Below are positions 48,784 to 59,164 of a stretch of 64,000 bases of DNA, one piece after another (within the stretch, counting starts at the first letter, position 1; the number at the start of each line of letters is the position of its first letter). Origin of the DNA: Candidatus Wolframiiraptor sinensis (GTDB lineage: Archaea > Thermoproteota > Nitrososphaeria_A > Caldarchaeales > Wolframiiraptoraceae); the NCBI GenBank assembly GCA_023261815.1, contig JALNKA010000003.1, positions 27,725 to 91,724 on the forward strand. Direction: 5' to 3'. The notes beneath the pieces are model-generated. The model had not been told where the DNA came from and did not search any database. It saw only the letters and a program-made list of their open reading frames with translations. The position numbers and the translations under genes were made by a program.

Positions 48784-50195
48784 TCCCGACCGGAATACCC
48801 GGCGTGGATGAGCTTCTCGGAGGCCTGCCGAGGGGCGAGCTCGTGATCATCGCGGGAGGTCCGGGAACCGGCAAGACGATGTTCTCAGCGGGCTTCATAT
48901 ACTGGGGCGCGGCAAAATACGGCGAGAAGGGCGTCTACGTCTCCCTCGCCGAGGACAAGGAGACGTTCATCACGAACATGAGAAGAGTCGGCTACGATTT
49001 CAGGGGCCTGGAAGGCCGCGGTCTCTTCCACTTCATTGACGCGCTAACATTAATGGAGGCGGGGACGGCGGAGCTCCTCGAGGCGATAATAGAGGATGTT
49101 GTCTCCTTTGGGCCGCAGAGGCTCGTAATAGACTCGCTCTCAGCCCTCGCCCAGGGGATGAGGGAGCCGAGAGAGCTCCGAGTATTCCTCCACAGCCTCT
49201 TCTCGAAGATAATGAGGGGATTGGGCTGCACCACGATACTCATCGAGGAGGTGCCGGTCGGAGAGGCGAGAATAGGATATGGCTTCGAGGAGTTCGTGGC
49301 CTCAGCGGTGATAATCCTCGAGAAGGACATGGTAGATGACAAGTTCCTCAGGAGGATGAGGATAGAGAAGCTGAGGGGAATGCCTGTTCCCAACAACCGA
49401 GCATGCTACACGCTCGGAGCCGGTTTCATCGCCTTCCCACCATACAAGACGCCGGTGCTGGAGAGCCCCAAAACCCCGGAGCCGGTTCCAGATCCGCCCG
49501 GAAGATACTCCAGCGGAATAAGAGACCTGGACGGCATCATGGGAGGATATCCGAAAGGCTCCACAATACTGCTCGAGATCGATCCGAGGATAACGCGAGA
49601 CCAGTATAGGATGCTGATCTGGCCCCACACAGCGAACTTCCTCCTAAACAGGAGGCCCGCGATAACAATCCCAGGAATAGGGAGCAGCCCAAGGGATATA
49701 GAAGCCTTCTACAGGAGCTACGCGATTCCTGAAGAGGAGCGAGCGCTCGCGAGGCACCTCATAGTATCCGAGGCGGCCGGCCGCAGCCCACCCGACATCA
49801 TAATCCCCTATGACCCGGATGAGGGAGCAGCCTCTCTAGTAGATAGGATCGAGGAGGCGGCTGAGGATCTCATGGAGAGGGCCGGGAGCCCGCCGATAAT
49901 CGCCGTAAGCATGGACTCCCTCGAGTTCAACTATGGCCATGATGACTCCCTGAAGATAACATCGAGCATCGCGGCCTGGACCAGGAGAAATAACGGCTTA
50001 AGCCTCCTATTGGATAAGTCCACGCATCCCGAGCTGACGAGGAGGGTTGCGCCCACATCCTCGGCGCACCTAAGGCTCACCAGAAGGCATGGATGCCTGC
50101 TGCTCTACGGCGTAAAGCCGAGAACAAACCTATTCGCGGTAAAAGTCGAGACCGAGAAAGGGTACTACGAGACCAGGCTCATCCCGATCACCTGA
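48780..50195 (+). CDS. KaiC/GvpD-like RecA-superfamily ATPase (second domain degenerate)
   Basis: IPTGIPG.DELLGG, GGPGTGKT, LVIDS, IEKLRG; second SSGI.DLD..MGG domain lacks Walker A. Confidence 0.88.
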   Translation: MIPTGIPGVDELLGGLPRGELVIIAGGPGTGKTMFSAGFIYWGAAKYGEKGVYVSLAEDKETFITNMRRVGYDFRGLEGRGLFHFIDALTLMEAGTAELLEAIIEDVVSFGPQRLVIDSLSALAQGMREPRELRVFLHSLFSKIMRGLGCTTILIEEVPVGEARIGYGFEEFVASAVIILEKDMVDDKFLRRMRIEKLRGMPVPNNRACYTLGAGFIAFPPYKTPVLESPKTPEPVPDPPGRYSSGIRDLDGIMGGYPKGSTILLEIDPRITRDQYRMLIWPHTANFLLNRRPAITIPGIGSSPRDIEAFYRSYAIPEEERALARHLIVSEAAGRSPPDIIIPYDPDEGAASLVDRIEEAAEDLMERAGSPPIIAVSMDSLEFNYGHDDSLKITSSIAAWTRRNNGLSLLLDKSTHPELTRRVAPTSSAHLRLTRRHGCLLLYGVKPRTNLFAVKVETEKGYYETRLIPIT

Positions 50196-51240
50196 GCCCC
50201 CACCTCCCCTCATCCAGGTGCATGTAGAATTCTCGGGGCGCTAGCTCCGGGTACTCGCCCGCTCCAGCCCGCTCAACAATATGCCTCCTAATATCGAGAC
50301 ATAAATCGCATTTCGAGATGTATCCATCGCCTCTCTCAACATAGCCGAACTCCCTCGCCGCGAAGCTGTATAGGCTTCCGAGATCCTCGAGGATGAGCAT
50401 CCTGAGAATCGGCCTCTCATCCAGATCAACGCCCTCCTCAATGAGCTCATCGAGCCTTCTAGCATCGCCGAGAGATATGCCGGCGCAGTATCCCGTGATC
50501 AGGTTGCCATAATTATCGATGTGCGCGTGCCATCTTCTCAGCAGGCTGGCCCCGCAATCCTCGTCGAAGAACATCCTAGCTGGATACCTCCTGAATATTC
50601 CCCGGAGCTTGTAGCATGCTCTCCCCATGGGCAGGAGCTCGGCCCACCTCAGCCCATTAACGCCGATCCTCGCCAAGTATTCCTCGAAGCCCATGGTCCC
50701 CCTCAGCCCCAGCATCCTAAACTGCTCATAAAACTCGAGCTGATAGATTATCAGGCTCCCGCCGAATATCCTCTCGCCGAGTTCAGCCGCCATCTTCATC
50801 CTCTCGAATGGCGTATACTCCACGAGAAACGGATTGACGCTAATGAGCATGCCGTCGAGGCCGGCGGACTTCAGCTCTAAGAGCATCTCCTCAGCCCTCT
50901 CCTGACTCGCGCACCAGAAGCAATTGGTCTCAACGAAGACCGATGGTATGCCATGCTCCTCGGCGAGCTCAACAGCTCTCAGGAGAAGCTTGTAATTCAG
51001 GAAGGGCTCGCCGCCAGTGAAGTGGAGGCCATAGTTTACGCCTATCCCTGATGGGCCGCCCGGCGCGGGAGCAATGCTCTCCGAGAGCTGGGATAGCACA
51101 CTCCTCAAATCGCTCTCTGATATCCAGTCGCTCCTCCACGTCGGAGAGCATGCATACATGCAGTGCCTGCATGTTGAGGTGCACTTGTATGAGAGGAGGA
51201 TGCCGCAGGATATGGGCTTCGGCGGATGTATTCTAGCCAA
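50188..51240 (-). CDS. Radical SAM protein
   Basis: CTSTCRHC, FTGGEPF, ETN; C-terminal CDLC. Confidence 0.9.
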   Translation of the reverse strand: MARIHPPKPISCGILLSYKCTSTCRHCMYACSPTWRSDWISESDLRSVLSQLSESIAPAPGGPSGIGVNYGLHFTGGEPFLNYKLLLRAVELAEEHGIPSVFVETNCFWCASQERAEEMLLELKSAGLDGMLISVNPFLVEYTPFERMKMAAELGERIFGGSLIIYQLEFYEQFRMLGLRGTMGFEEYLARIGVNGLRWAELLPMGRACYKLRGIFRRYPARMFFDEDCGASLLRRWHAHIDNYGNLITGYCAGISLGDARRLDELIEEGVDLDERPILRMLILEDLGSLYSFAAREFGYVERGDGYISKCDLCLDIRRHIVERAGAGEYPELAPREFYMHLDEGRWGLR

Positions 51241-51283
51241 TTCATCCTAAGCTCTGGCCCCGGTGGTTAAAGGGTTTTGCCGT

Positions 51284-53677
51284 CTATGCTCTCTCGACCC
51301 GCGAGCTCCCATCCTCGATCTCGACGCGGTAAACATGGTCGGCCGCCTGCTCGACCTCCTGATCATGGGTGACGATTATCGCTTGGGGTATCAAGCCCCT
51401 CTCGCCGCGAAGATTGCTCAGAAGCCTCACGAGCTCCCTCCTTCTATCCGGGTCGAGATGCGTCGTCGGCTCATCCATCAAGATGCATTGAATCCTGTTT
51501 CCGGTCAAGGCTGCTGCTATGCCGAGCCTGAGGCAGAGGGCCACCGCCGTCTTCTCGCCGCCGCTCAGCGAGTCTATAGGCTGCTCCCCGAACGGGCCAT
51601 AGACATACACATTATAGTCCTCGTCGAGCCTCAGATCCGTGTATGCGAGGTTGAAGGACCTGAGGAGGCTTCTCGCATAGTATTCGATGCTCTTTCTCGC
51701 CGCGGCCCTGATATGCTTCTGAACACCATCCTTGCTGAATGCATCTCTTATGGCCCTGAGCCTTGCGAGCTCGCGCTCCACAATCTCAAGCCTCCTACCG
51801 GCGAGCTTCGCGTCCTCGACCTCGCCCGCGATCCTGCTCCTCTCATCCTCCAGGTCCTTTAAGCGCTGGCTTAGAGCCGAATACTCCTCCCTGAGGCCGC
51901 CGAGCCTCTCGAGAGCATTCTTCAACCTCCTCCTCAGATCCTCATACTCCTCCTCGCTATACCTGATGCTCCTCATTCTCTCGATCATCCACCTCTTCTT
52001 CTCCTCGAGCTCCGCGATCTCGGAAGCCAGCCTTCTAACCCTCTTCTCGACCTCCATGCTTGACCCGAGCTTCTCCAGAATCCCCCTCTCCCTCTCCAGC
52101 CTCCTAACCTCCTCCTCGGCTCTCCTCAAGGACGTCATCTTCTCATCGAGAATCCTCTTGAGATCCTCCAGCCTGCTGGGCTCCTCTATGCTTCTCAGCT
52201 CGGCCTCTATTCTCGCCCGCTCCTCCTCAAGCTCCCTAATCCTCGAGATCGAGTCCTCGATCCTATCGGGATCGATTCCGGAAAACTCCTTCAAGACTGC
52301 TCTCGCCGACTCTAGGTCTAGGTGGAGCTCCTCTCGCTCTATCTCCAGCGCCCTAGCCCTCCTTTCATAATCCTCGATCTCCGCTCGAAGTTCATTCAAG
52401 ACCCTCAGCCTATGCTCCTCGATCATTGGTCTCCTGCACAGCGGGCATGCGGCCCCGCCGCGCTCGAGCTCCTCGATCTTCTCCATCGCGGCTCTCATCA
52501 TTCCCTGTACGCTGCCGACCTCTTCGTCGATCCTACGAATCTTGCGCTCGAGCTCATCCGCGCTTCTTCTATGCTCATCGAGCAGCCCCCTGAGAGCGTT
52601 GGGCAGCTCATCAAAACGCTCGAGCCTGCGCCCCGAAATCCTCTCAACTTTCCTCATCCAATCCTCGATGAGCGACTTATGCGATGCCATCTCCCCCGAG
52701 ATCTCCCCGAGCCTCTTCTCAAGAACCTCTTTCCTAGCCTTCATAGCCTCGAGCTCGGAGATCTCGCGCCTCAGATTCTCCACCTCGTCTCTCAGCCTCC
52801 TCAGCTCCTCCTCAGCCCTCTCCAGCTCTAGAGCGCGCTTTTCCGCCTCCCTAACAATCGCCAGATCCCTCTCATGCGACTCGAGATCCCGCCTCCTCGA
52901 GGCTATCAGGTTATCGAGCTTCGCGACGGCCTCCTTAAGCCCCTCGATTCTCCTCCTATTCTCCTCCATCGCGCGCAGCTCAGACTCCAATCTCTCGCGC
53001 TCCTCCTCGAGCGCCTTCACCTCGGACTCCAGCGCGGTCAATCTCTCACGAGCTCTCGAGATCTCGGCTTCAACATCTCCAAGCCTCTTCTCAAGCTCCT
53101 TAATCCCCTCGGCCCTCTTCCTGAGATCAGCCGCCTTCTCTTCGAGCAGCCTTATCGGCATTCTGAGCTCCTCCCAGAGCCTCTCGAGCTCCTCTATGCC
53201 GAGAAGCCTCGAGATGATTTCCTTCCTCTCCGATGGCCTCGCCTCTAGGAGCTTCGCCATCTCGCCCTGCCTAACATACGCGGCGCTCAGGAAGACCTCG
53301 CGCGGTATCCCGAGGATTCTCTCGATCTCCGGCAGCACGGTCCTCTCGCCGGCATCCACCAGCAGAGTCGCGCCCGAGGTGAGATCCCGTAGGGTGGCCT
53401 GAGTCTTCCTGCCCCTCCCAAGCCTCCAGGTCACCTCATAGGCTCTCCCGCCTGAGCTAAACGTCACCTGGACTATCGCGCTGGATGCGGCGCGATTTAT
53501 CAGGTTCTCATCCCTCCCCCGGCCGTGCTCCTTGAATAGGGCGAATGTTATCGCGTCGAGGATCGAGGTTTTTCCGGAGCCGTTATCGCCTACGAGGACT
53601 GTCAAGCCCTGCGGAAACTCTATGAACGTATCCCTATGCGAGATGAAGTTCCTCAGCCTGACCGAGTGTATGATCAT
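51284..53677 (-). CDS. rad50: Rad50 ATPase
   Basis: GDNGSGKTS, Q-loop YVRQGE, coiled coil with CPLC zinc hook, LSGGE, MDEPT. Confidence 0.95.
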   Translation of the reverse strand: MIIHSVRLRNFISHRDTFIEFPQGLTVLVGDNGSGKTSILDAITFALFKEHGRGRDENLINRAASSAIVQVTFSSGGRAYEVTWRLGRGRKTQATLRDLTSGATLLVDAGERTVLPEIERILGIPREVFLSAAYVRQGEMAKLLEARPSERKEIISRLLGIEELERLWEELRMPIRLLEEKAADLRKRAEGIKELEKRLGDVEAEISRARERLTALESEVKALEEERERLESELRAMEENRRRIEGLKEAVAKLDNLIASRRRDLESHERDLAIVREAEKRALELERAEEELRRLRDEVENLRREISELEAMKARKEVLEKRLGEISGEMASHKSLIEDWMRKVERISGRRLERFDELPNALRGLLDEHRRSADELERKIRRIDEEVGSVQGMMRAAMEKIEELERGGAACPLCRRPMIEEHRLRVLNELRAEIEDYERRARALEIEREELHLDLESARAVLKEFSGIDPDRIEDSISRIRELEEERARIEAELRSIEEPSRLEDLKRILDEKMTSLRRAEEEVRRLERERGILEKLGSSMEVEKRVRRLASEIAELEEKKRWMIERMRSIRYSEEEYEDLRRRLKNALERLGGLREEYSALSQRLKDLEDERSRIAGEVEDAKLAGRRLEIVERELARLRAIRDAFSKDGVQKHIRAAARKSIEYYARSLLRSFNLAYTDLRLDEDYNVYVYGPFGEQPIDSLSGGEKTAVALCLRLGIAAALTGNRIQCILMDEPTTHLDPDRRRELVRLLSNLRGERGLIPQAIIVTHDQEVEQAADHVYRVEIEDGSSRVERA

Positions 53678-54792
53678 TTCTCGAGCTCACCCAGCCTCCT
53701 GAAAATCAGCCTCTCAACCTCCTCGATTCCTCGGCCGATATACGCGTCGTAGATCGCGACCGCGAGCTCCGCATCATCCTCGCGGAAGCCCCTCGAAAGA
53801 AGATGCTCCCTGATCATGGCCCTGACATCTATCGCCGGAGCCACCTCGATCTCGCCGACCTCCTCGACCTCTTCCAAGACCTCATACCTGTAGTGGAGCA
53901 CCTTTCCGGCGAGCTTCTCCTGGATGATGCGAAGGGCCGGCTGGCGGTCGATGGCCTTACCCCTAACCCTGACGTGGATTATCGGCTTCTTGCGCTGGGC
54001 GGAGGACCAGCTAGCAGCCTCCTCTAAGGCTCTCTCGAGATCATTCATGCTCGCCGAGATCAGCTTCTGGGGCCTGATGGAGCTCAGGCTAACCTCCTGA
54101 ATTATCGGCTCATCGCCTGAAAGGTCGATCAGCAGGAAGCCCTTGCCGGATTTGCTCCACCCCTCTATCTCCGCGGTGGATAGTATCTCGATTGAGCCCG
54201 AGTATGCTGCAGCCGACCCATCCAAGGAGAATATCCTGCGATCATGCTCATGGCCGAGCGCGTAGTAGCTGTATCCCTTAGGAAGATCCTTGACCATGTT
54301 CTCGGGACCGCGAAGCGGTGCGTGGGCGAGAAGCACTCTCTTCCTGAATCGCCTCGCGTCCTCGGCGAGCTGGCCGAGCCTTCTCATGGCCTCATCCCTC
54401 TCGCTGAGCCTAACCCTGTCGAGCCCTGTGATGACGATCTCATCGCCCACACTGATGTTCTGGAACCCGATGTAATCCGAGATTCCCTCGAGGATCGCGG
54501 TTGGCGGTAGATCCTTGACTCTCCTAGGGAGCTCGTGGTCTCCTATGACGTGGCAGATCCTGATGCCGGAGGACCTCAGGTTTCCGAGGAGCTCTCTAGC
54601 CCTCATGAGAGCTTTTATCGGCGGTCTGGGCGAGTCGAAGAGGTCGCCGGCGATCAGGAGGAGATCGGGCCTCTCCCTTCTAACGGTCTCCACGAGCTCC
54701 TCGAACGCCTCGTAGATATCCATCTCCCTCTCTAAGAGACCATACTGGGCGTAGCCGAGGTGAATATCCGCGGCATGAGCTATCAGGACCAT
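53674..54792 (-). CDS. mre11: Mre11 nuclease
   Basis: ADIHLG, AGDLFD, GDHE, ALGHEH, YSGS; coupled to rad50. Confidence 0.93.
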   Translation of the reverse strand: MVLIAHAADIHLGYAQYGLLEREMDIYEAFEELVETVRRERPDLLLIAGDLFDSPRPPIKALMRARELLGNLRSSGIRICHVIGDHELPRRVKDLPPTAILEGISDYIGFQNISVGDEIVITGLDRVRLSERDEAMRRLGQLAEDARRFRKRVLLAHAPLRGPENMVKDLPKGYSYYALGHEHDRRIFSLDGSAAAYSGSIEILSTAEIEGWSKSGKGFLLIDLSGDEPIIQEVSLSSIRPQKLISASMNDLERALEEAASWSSAQRKKPIIHVRVRGKAIDRQPALRIIQEKLAGKVLHYRYEVLEEVEEVGEIEVAPAIDVRAMIREHLLSRGFREDDAELAVAIYDAYIGRGIEEVERLIFRRLGELEK

Positions 54793-54881
54793 TATCCAGC
54801 AGATTATTCAGATGCTGTGGGGCTTTTTATCATAGCGCCGCCGAGGCCCCCTACGAGTATCACCTTGATATTACCCGGGGC

Positions 54882-55778
54882 TTATGCTCGCCGCCCCCTC
54901 ACCTCGAGCCATAGGCGATACAGGTCCTCGGAGAGCCGCCTTATCCGGTCGGCGTTCTCGAGCCTGCTCAGTAGATCTTCCGGTATGCCCTCGATGCCTC
55001 TATGGGCTCCGGCGATCGCCGCGGCCATGCAGGCCATCGTATCCCTATCGCCCCCAAGGCTTATCGCCTTCCTGATCGCGCGGATGATATCCTGCTCGGC
55101 GAGATAGCAGTATATAGCCGTGGGAACAGAGTTATGGGCCTCAACGCTGTTTCCGAGAGCTCTCGCGGCATCCCTCCCGCTCGCGCCGGACTCTATTAGG
55201 CTCGGGATAAGCTCGAGCTTCAGGCGATAGACTTCGCTCACCGGAAGCGCGATGAGCTGCTCCACGAACACCTTTGGATCAATATTTTCTCCTGGCTCGA
55301 GCCTGGTGGCCATGGCGATGGAATAGGCCTCGAGGAGCGCGCCCTCAACCGCCAGCGGATGATTATGCGTGAGCTTGCAGGATGCTCTAACGGCTCTCTC
55401 GAGCTCCGCAAGATCATCGTGGTGGAAGATGCCGATTGGCGCTATCCGCATCGCGGCGCCATTCCCCAGCGATCCCCCGGGATACAGCATTTTATCCAGC
55501 TCGAGGGGCCCTTCGCCCCGCCTAATCATCCTGAAGATCCTCGGCGGGCCGGGGCCATAACCTCTCCAGGGCTCAGCTTCATATGCCTCGAGAAACTTCC
55601 AGGCGAGCTTCACGGGATCAACCGCGCCGCGATTCTCCAGAATGTGCTCCGCAAGCGCTATCATCATTGCAGTATCATCTGTGTACCTCAGCTCAGTTGC
55701 ATGGATGTAGCTCGCGCCCAGAGCATCTCCTAGGGCGGCTGAGAGCATGCAGCCGGAAAACTTCTTCCAGAGTATCAT
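54882..55778 (-). CDS. ADP-ribosylglycohydrolase
   Basis: GDALG, YTDDT, GNGAAMR, TH, GGDRDT. Confidence 0.93.
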   Translation of the reverse strand: MILWKKFSGCMLSAALGDALGASYIHATELRYTDDTAMMIALAEHILENRGAVDPVKLAWKFLEAYEAEPWRGYGPGPPRIFRMIRRGEGPLELDKMLYPGGSLGNGAAMRIAPIGIFHHDDLAELERAVRASCKLTHNHPLAVEGALLEAYSIAMATRLEPGENIDPKVFVEQLIALPVSEVYRLKLELIPSLIESGASGRDAARALGNSVEAHNSVPTAIYCYLAEQDIIRAIRKAISLGGDRDTMACMAAAIAGAHRGIEGIPEDLLSRLENADRIRRLSEDLYRLWLEVRGRRA

Positions 55779-55803
55779 CTCATTTTTCTTGGAGAGTGAT
55801 GGC

Positions 55804-56304
55804 TCAGCCTATGTATTGAGAGTTGTCGGTATCGAAGTCCCTGATGATCTCGGCATCATCGAGGGAGATGAGGTCGTCTTCGCCGATCAGCTGCTCAGCT
55901 ATCTCTGCGAGCTTCCTTGGAGCCATTCTATATGCCAGATGATCCTCCCCGAGAGCCTCCTTGATCACCTTCATCGAGAGAGCAGCTACCTCGCCTTCAT
56001 CAAGCACGCCGAGGCTATGGAGATACTCGTGGAGCAGGATCAGGAATATGTAAGAGTTGATCTCAAGCCTGCTTCTGGAGGACTTCAGGAGCGCCTGGAG
56101 ATGCCTCCTATTCATTATTATCGCGTTCGAGCCTATCTGATGCATCGCGCCGACTTCTCCGGGTAGATCTACTAGAAGAAGCTCGAGGCCGGCTCGCCTA
56201 ATCCCTAGAACCTCCTCAACCGCCTTCTTGACGACGCTGAATATTTCTCCAAAGCTTTCAGCCCTCTCAAGCCTAATCCTAAGCTCCTCTCCCACGCAAT
56301 CCAC
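55804..56304 (-). CDS. Conserved hypothetical protein with HExxH zincin motif
   Basis: LLHEYLH.LG..DE. Confidence 0.65.
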   Translation of the reverse strand: MDCVGEELRIRLERAESFGEIFSVVKKAVEEVLGIRRAGLELLLVDLPGEVGAMHQIGSNAIIMNRRHLQALLKSSRSRLEINSYIFLILLHEYLHSLGVLDEGEVAALSMKVIKEALGEDHLAYRMAPRKLAEIAEQLIGEDDLISLDDAEIIRDFDTDNSQYIG

Positions 56305-56417
56305 CTCGAGGCCTAGAGGCCCAGATAATAGTGTAATATCTCCGACTATTTAGCTATCCTCCCAGCGGGGCTTCTCGATCATGTCGGCGTATTCCGCCGA
56401 GACTAGCCGCATTAGGC

Positions 56418-57587
56418 TTAACAGAATTTCACGGTCCTGAATCTTCTTACCAGGGCGGCGACGTCGCGCCTGATCCTCCTCGGGTCCTCGCCGTCCAAAG
56501 CCCTCTTCACGAGCTTCGCTATCTTGGCCATCTCCCTCCTGCCCATCCCCCTCCTAGTAACCTCGGGCACGCCGAGCCTGAGATCCGCGTCGGATATTAT
56601 GCCGCATTCCTCGAGCCTATCCCTCAGCCTGATCCTCTCCTCGCGGTTGGGCACATCGAGTATCGTTTGATGGGATTTCGTGAAGCCGTGATCCCTGGCT
56701 TTAACCGGGACGCCCAGCTCATCCAAGCTCTTCGCCAGCTCATAGGCATTCTCCACGATCTTCGCCGCGTATCTCTTGCCGCATCTCATCATCTCCTCGA
56801 GGGAGACCGCCAGCGCCCCGATCTTGTTAAAGTGAATGTTATCGGCGATCTTGTGGAAGATGTTACCCGCGATCTTCCGATAAACCTCCTCGTTATTCGT
56901 GAGTATCAATCCTCCCTGAGGGCCTGGGAAGGTCTTATGGGTCGAGGCGAATAGCACGTCCGCGCCCTCCCTCAGCGGGTCTTGGAAGACTCCGCCGGCT
57001 ATCAGCCCCAAGACGTGGGATCCATCGTAGGCGAGGAGGCCGCCATACTCATGAACCGCCTCGGAGAGCTCTTTAACGGGGTGCGGGAAGAGCATGTAGC
57101 TTCCTCCCAATACGACGAGATCAGGCTTCTCCGCCCTGATCAGCTCAACGGACTTCTCGGGATCAGGTATGAGGATCTCCTTGACCGCCGGGAGATATAC
57201 TATGTCCGCGGATATGAGATCGGGGAGCTTGTCCGGAGCATTCCCCATGTAGCCCCCGAACTCGGGCGCGAGGGCGGCCATCTTCCTCCCCTTCACGAGG
57301 GATACATATGTCAGGAGGGCGGCGATGTGGCCTGAAAGCGGCTCCAGGAACACGTACTCGGCGCCGAATAGCTTTCTCGCAAGATCCTCAGCGTACTCCC
57401 AGAGCTCATCAATATGCCTCGTCCCAGCATAATACCTCGGCCTATAGGAGTATCTTCCGGCGAGATCCGTTGCAAGGGCCTTCAAGACATTTGGGCTCTG
57501 AACATTCTCGCTGGGAATCATGTTCAGGGTCATCGCCCTATATCTCTCATGGCTTCTAATCAGCTCCATGGCGCGTGACCTGCTCAT
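56418..57587 (-). CDS. glyA: Serine hydroxymethyltransferase
   Basis: IPSEN, RYY.G, YDGSH..GLIAGG, STHKTFPGPQGG, R.G..E.TR.G. Confidence 0.95.
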   Translation of the reverse strand: MSRSRAMELIRSHERYRAMTLNMIPSENVQSPNVLKALATDLAGRYSYRPRYYAGTRHIDELWEYAEDLARKLFGAEYVFLEPLSGHIAALLTYVSLVKGRKMAALAPEFGGYMGNAPDKLPDLISADIVYLPAVKEILIPDPEKSVELIRAEKPDLVVLGGSYMLFPHPVKELSEAVHEYGGLLAYDGSHVLGLIAGGVFQDPLREGADVLFASTHKTFPGPQGGLILTNNEEVYRKIAGNIFHKIADNIHFNKIGALAVSLEEMMRCGKRYAAKIVENAYELAKSLDELGVPVKARDHGFTKSHQTILDVPNREERIRLRDRLEECGIISDADLRLGVPEVTRRGMGRREMAKIAKLVKRALDGEDPRRIRRDVAALVRRFRTVKFC

Positions 57588-57694
57588 AGAGGCTTGATCG
57601 CATTAAAATCAGCTTCTATTTGAATGTTTAACGGGCATGAATCAAAGTTTATCATCCATCCCATGTTCAAGATTTGTCGCGGGGCGCCGGCGCG

Positions 57695-58312
57695 ATGCCC
57701 TATGGATTTACCTTCGACCTCAGGGGTCTTCCGAGAAGCTTCTTCCAAGAGCTCCTAAAACTGGCCTATAGCTTGAAGATTCATCGGAGGATGAGCCACG
57801 CCGCGAGATACCTTGTCAAGAAGTTCAGGGTTCAGGAGATCACGGGCTTGAACCTGCTCGAGGCCATATCCCTATTCGAGGATCTCCTCGAGATACAGGT
57901 GCTGAACATACTGAATCGTGATGGGTTCATGGCGGCTGGAGGGAGGAAGGTGCTCTTCCTACCACACTGCGCGAGAAAATACATGGACAAACGGTGCAGG
58001 GCCGAGTTCGATCCGAGCACCCCAACTTACAGGTGTATGAGCTGCTCGCCGGACTGCCTGATAAACCAGGCCTCGGCCATCGCGAGGGAGAGAGGATACG
58101 ACGTCTACGTGCTTCCAGGCGGATCATGCATCCCCAAGATACTGGCATTGAGAAGATATGATGCCGCCGTCGGGGTTGCGTGCGGCGCGGAGCTGAAGCT
58201 CGGCTACATGGCTCTGAAGAGGCTCGGGATTCCGGGCCAGGCGGTGCCGCTCCTTAAAAATGGGTGCGCCGAGACATACTTCGATGTGGAGGAGCTGAGG
58301 AAGCTTCTCTGA
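57695..58312 (+). CDS. DUF116-family Cys-rich protein
   Basis: FLPHC, C..C...C.I, PGGS, GVAC..EL, GC. Confidence 0.8.
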   Translation: MPYGFTFDLRGLPRSFFQELLKLAYSLKIHRRMSHAARYLVKKFRVQEITGLNLLEAISLFEDLLEIQVLNILNRDGFMAAGGRKVLFLPHCARKYMDKRCRAEFDPSTPTYRCMSCSPDCLINQASAIARERGYDVYVLPGGSCIPKILALRRYDAAVGVACGAELKLGYMALKRLGIPGQAVPLLKNGCAETYFDVEELRKLL

Positions 58313-58366
58313 GAGGCCATGGCCCACGCGATTCTTAATTACATGGCTGATCTGACTCTCTAGCGT

Positions 58367-59155
58367 ATGGTCCTGGTCTCACCCAGCATTCTGAGGGATA
58401 GGATTAGCGGGCACCCCATTCTCGAGCAGGCTCTCCGGATGCTCGAGAGAAGCCGCGAGGTCCAGGCATATCTCTCGATGGCGAATGTGATGGCTGTTCA
58501 GAGGCTTCTCTACAATGATCATGGCCCGGTCCATTCCAAGATCGTGGCCGGAGCTGCTCTCGAGATGCTCGAGATACTGCTGGATGAGGGCTTCGTGCCA
58601 TCGGTCGTCAAGGATGGCGTGGGGGATGAAGAGGACGCCAGGCTCGTGGTCATGATGGGAGCATATCTCCACGACATAGGCAATGCCGTTCACAGGAGCT
58701 ACCACTACGTATCCGGCGTCGCCCTGGCCGCCAGATTCCTCCCACGAATTCTCAGGAGAATATATCAGGACCCCCTCAAGGCTTACAGGCTCACCGTGGA
58801 GATTCTTCACTGCATTCTCTCGCACGATGAGAATGTGAGGGCGCTCAGCATCGAGGCGGGGATAACGAAGGTGGCCGACGGCGTAGATATGGCCGAGGGG
58901 AGGGCGAGGATGCCATATAGGCAGGGGAAATACGATATACACGCTCTCTCAGCCCTCGCGATAAGGAGGGTTGAGGTGACCCGGGGAGAGCCGGGGAAAA
59001 CGCCGATACGAATAATCGTGGACATGGATAATGAGGCCGGAATATTCCAGGTGGAGGAGGTTCTCGGAAAGAAGATCAAGACATCATCAATAGCACACTT
59101 AGTGGAGGTGGAGGCTCTTAGGCGAGGCGAGCCCTTCAGGGTTCTGAGATTCTAG
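58367..59155 (+). CDS. HD-domain phosphohydrolase
   Basis: YNDHG.VH, LHDIG, H, ADG.DM..GR. Confidence 0.88.
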   Translation: MVLVSPSILRDRISGHPILEQALRMLERSREVQAYLSMANVMAVQRLLYNDHGPVHSKIVAGAALEMLEILLDEGFVPSVVKDGVGDEEDARLVVMMGAYLHDIGNAVHRSYHYVSGVALAARFLPRILRRIYQDPLKAYRLTVEILHCILSHDENVRALSIEAGITKVADGVDMAEGRARMPYRQGKYDIHALSALAIRRVEVTRGEPGKTPIRIIVDMDNEAGIFQVEEVLGKKIKTSSIAHLVEVEALRRGEPFRVLRF

Positions 59156-59164
59156 GCGGAAGCC

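Noticed and set aside
51263-53402. Long plus-strand Ser-rich ORFs
   Set aside because: Antisense shadows of the rad50 coiled coil
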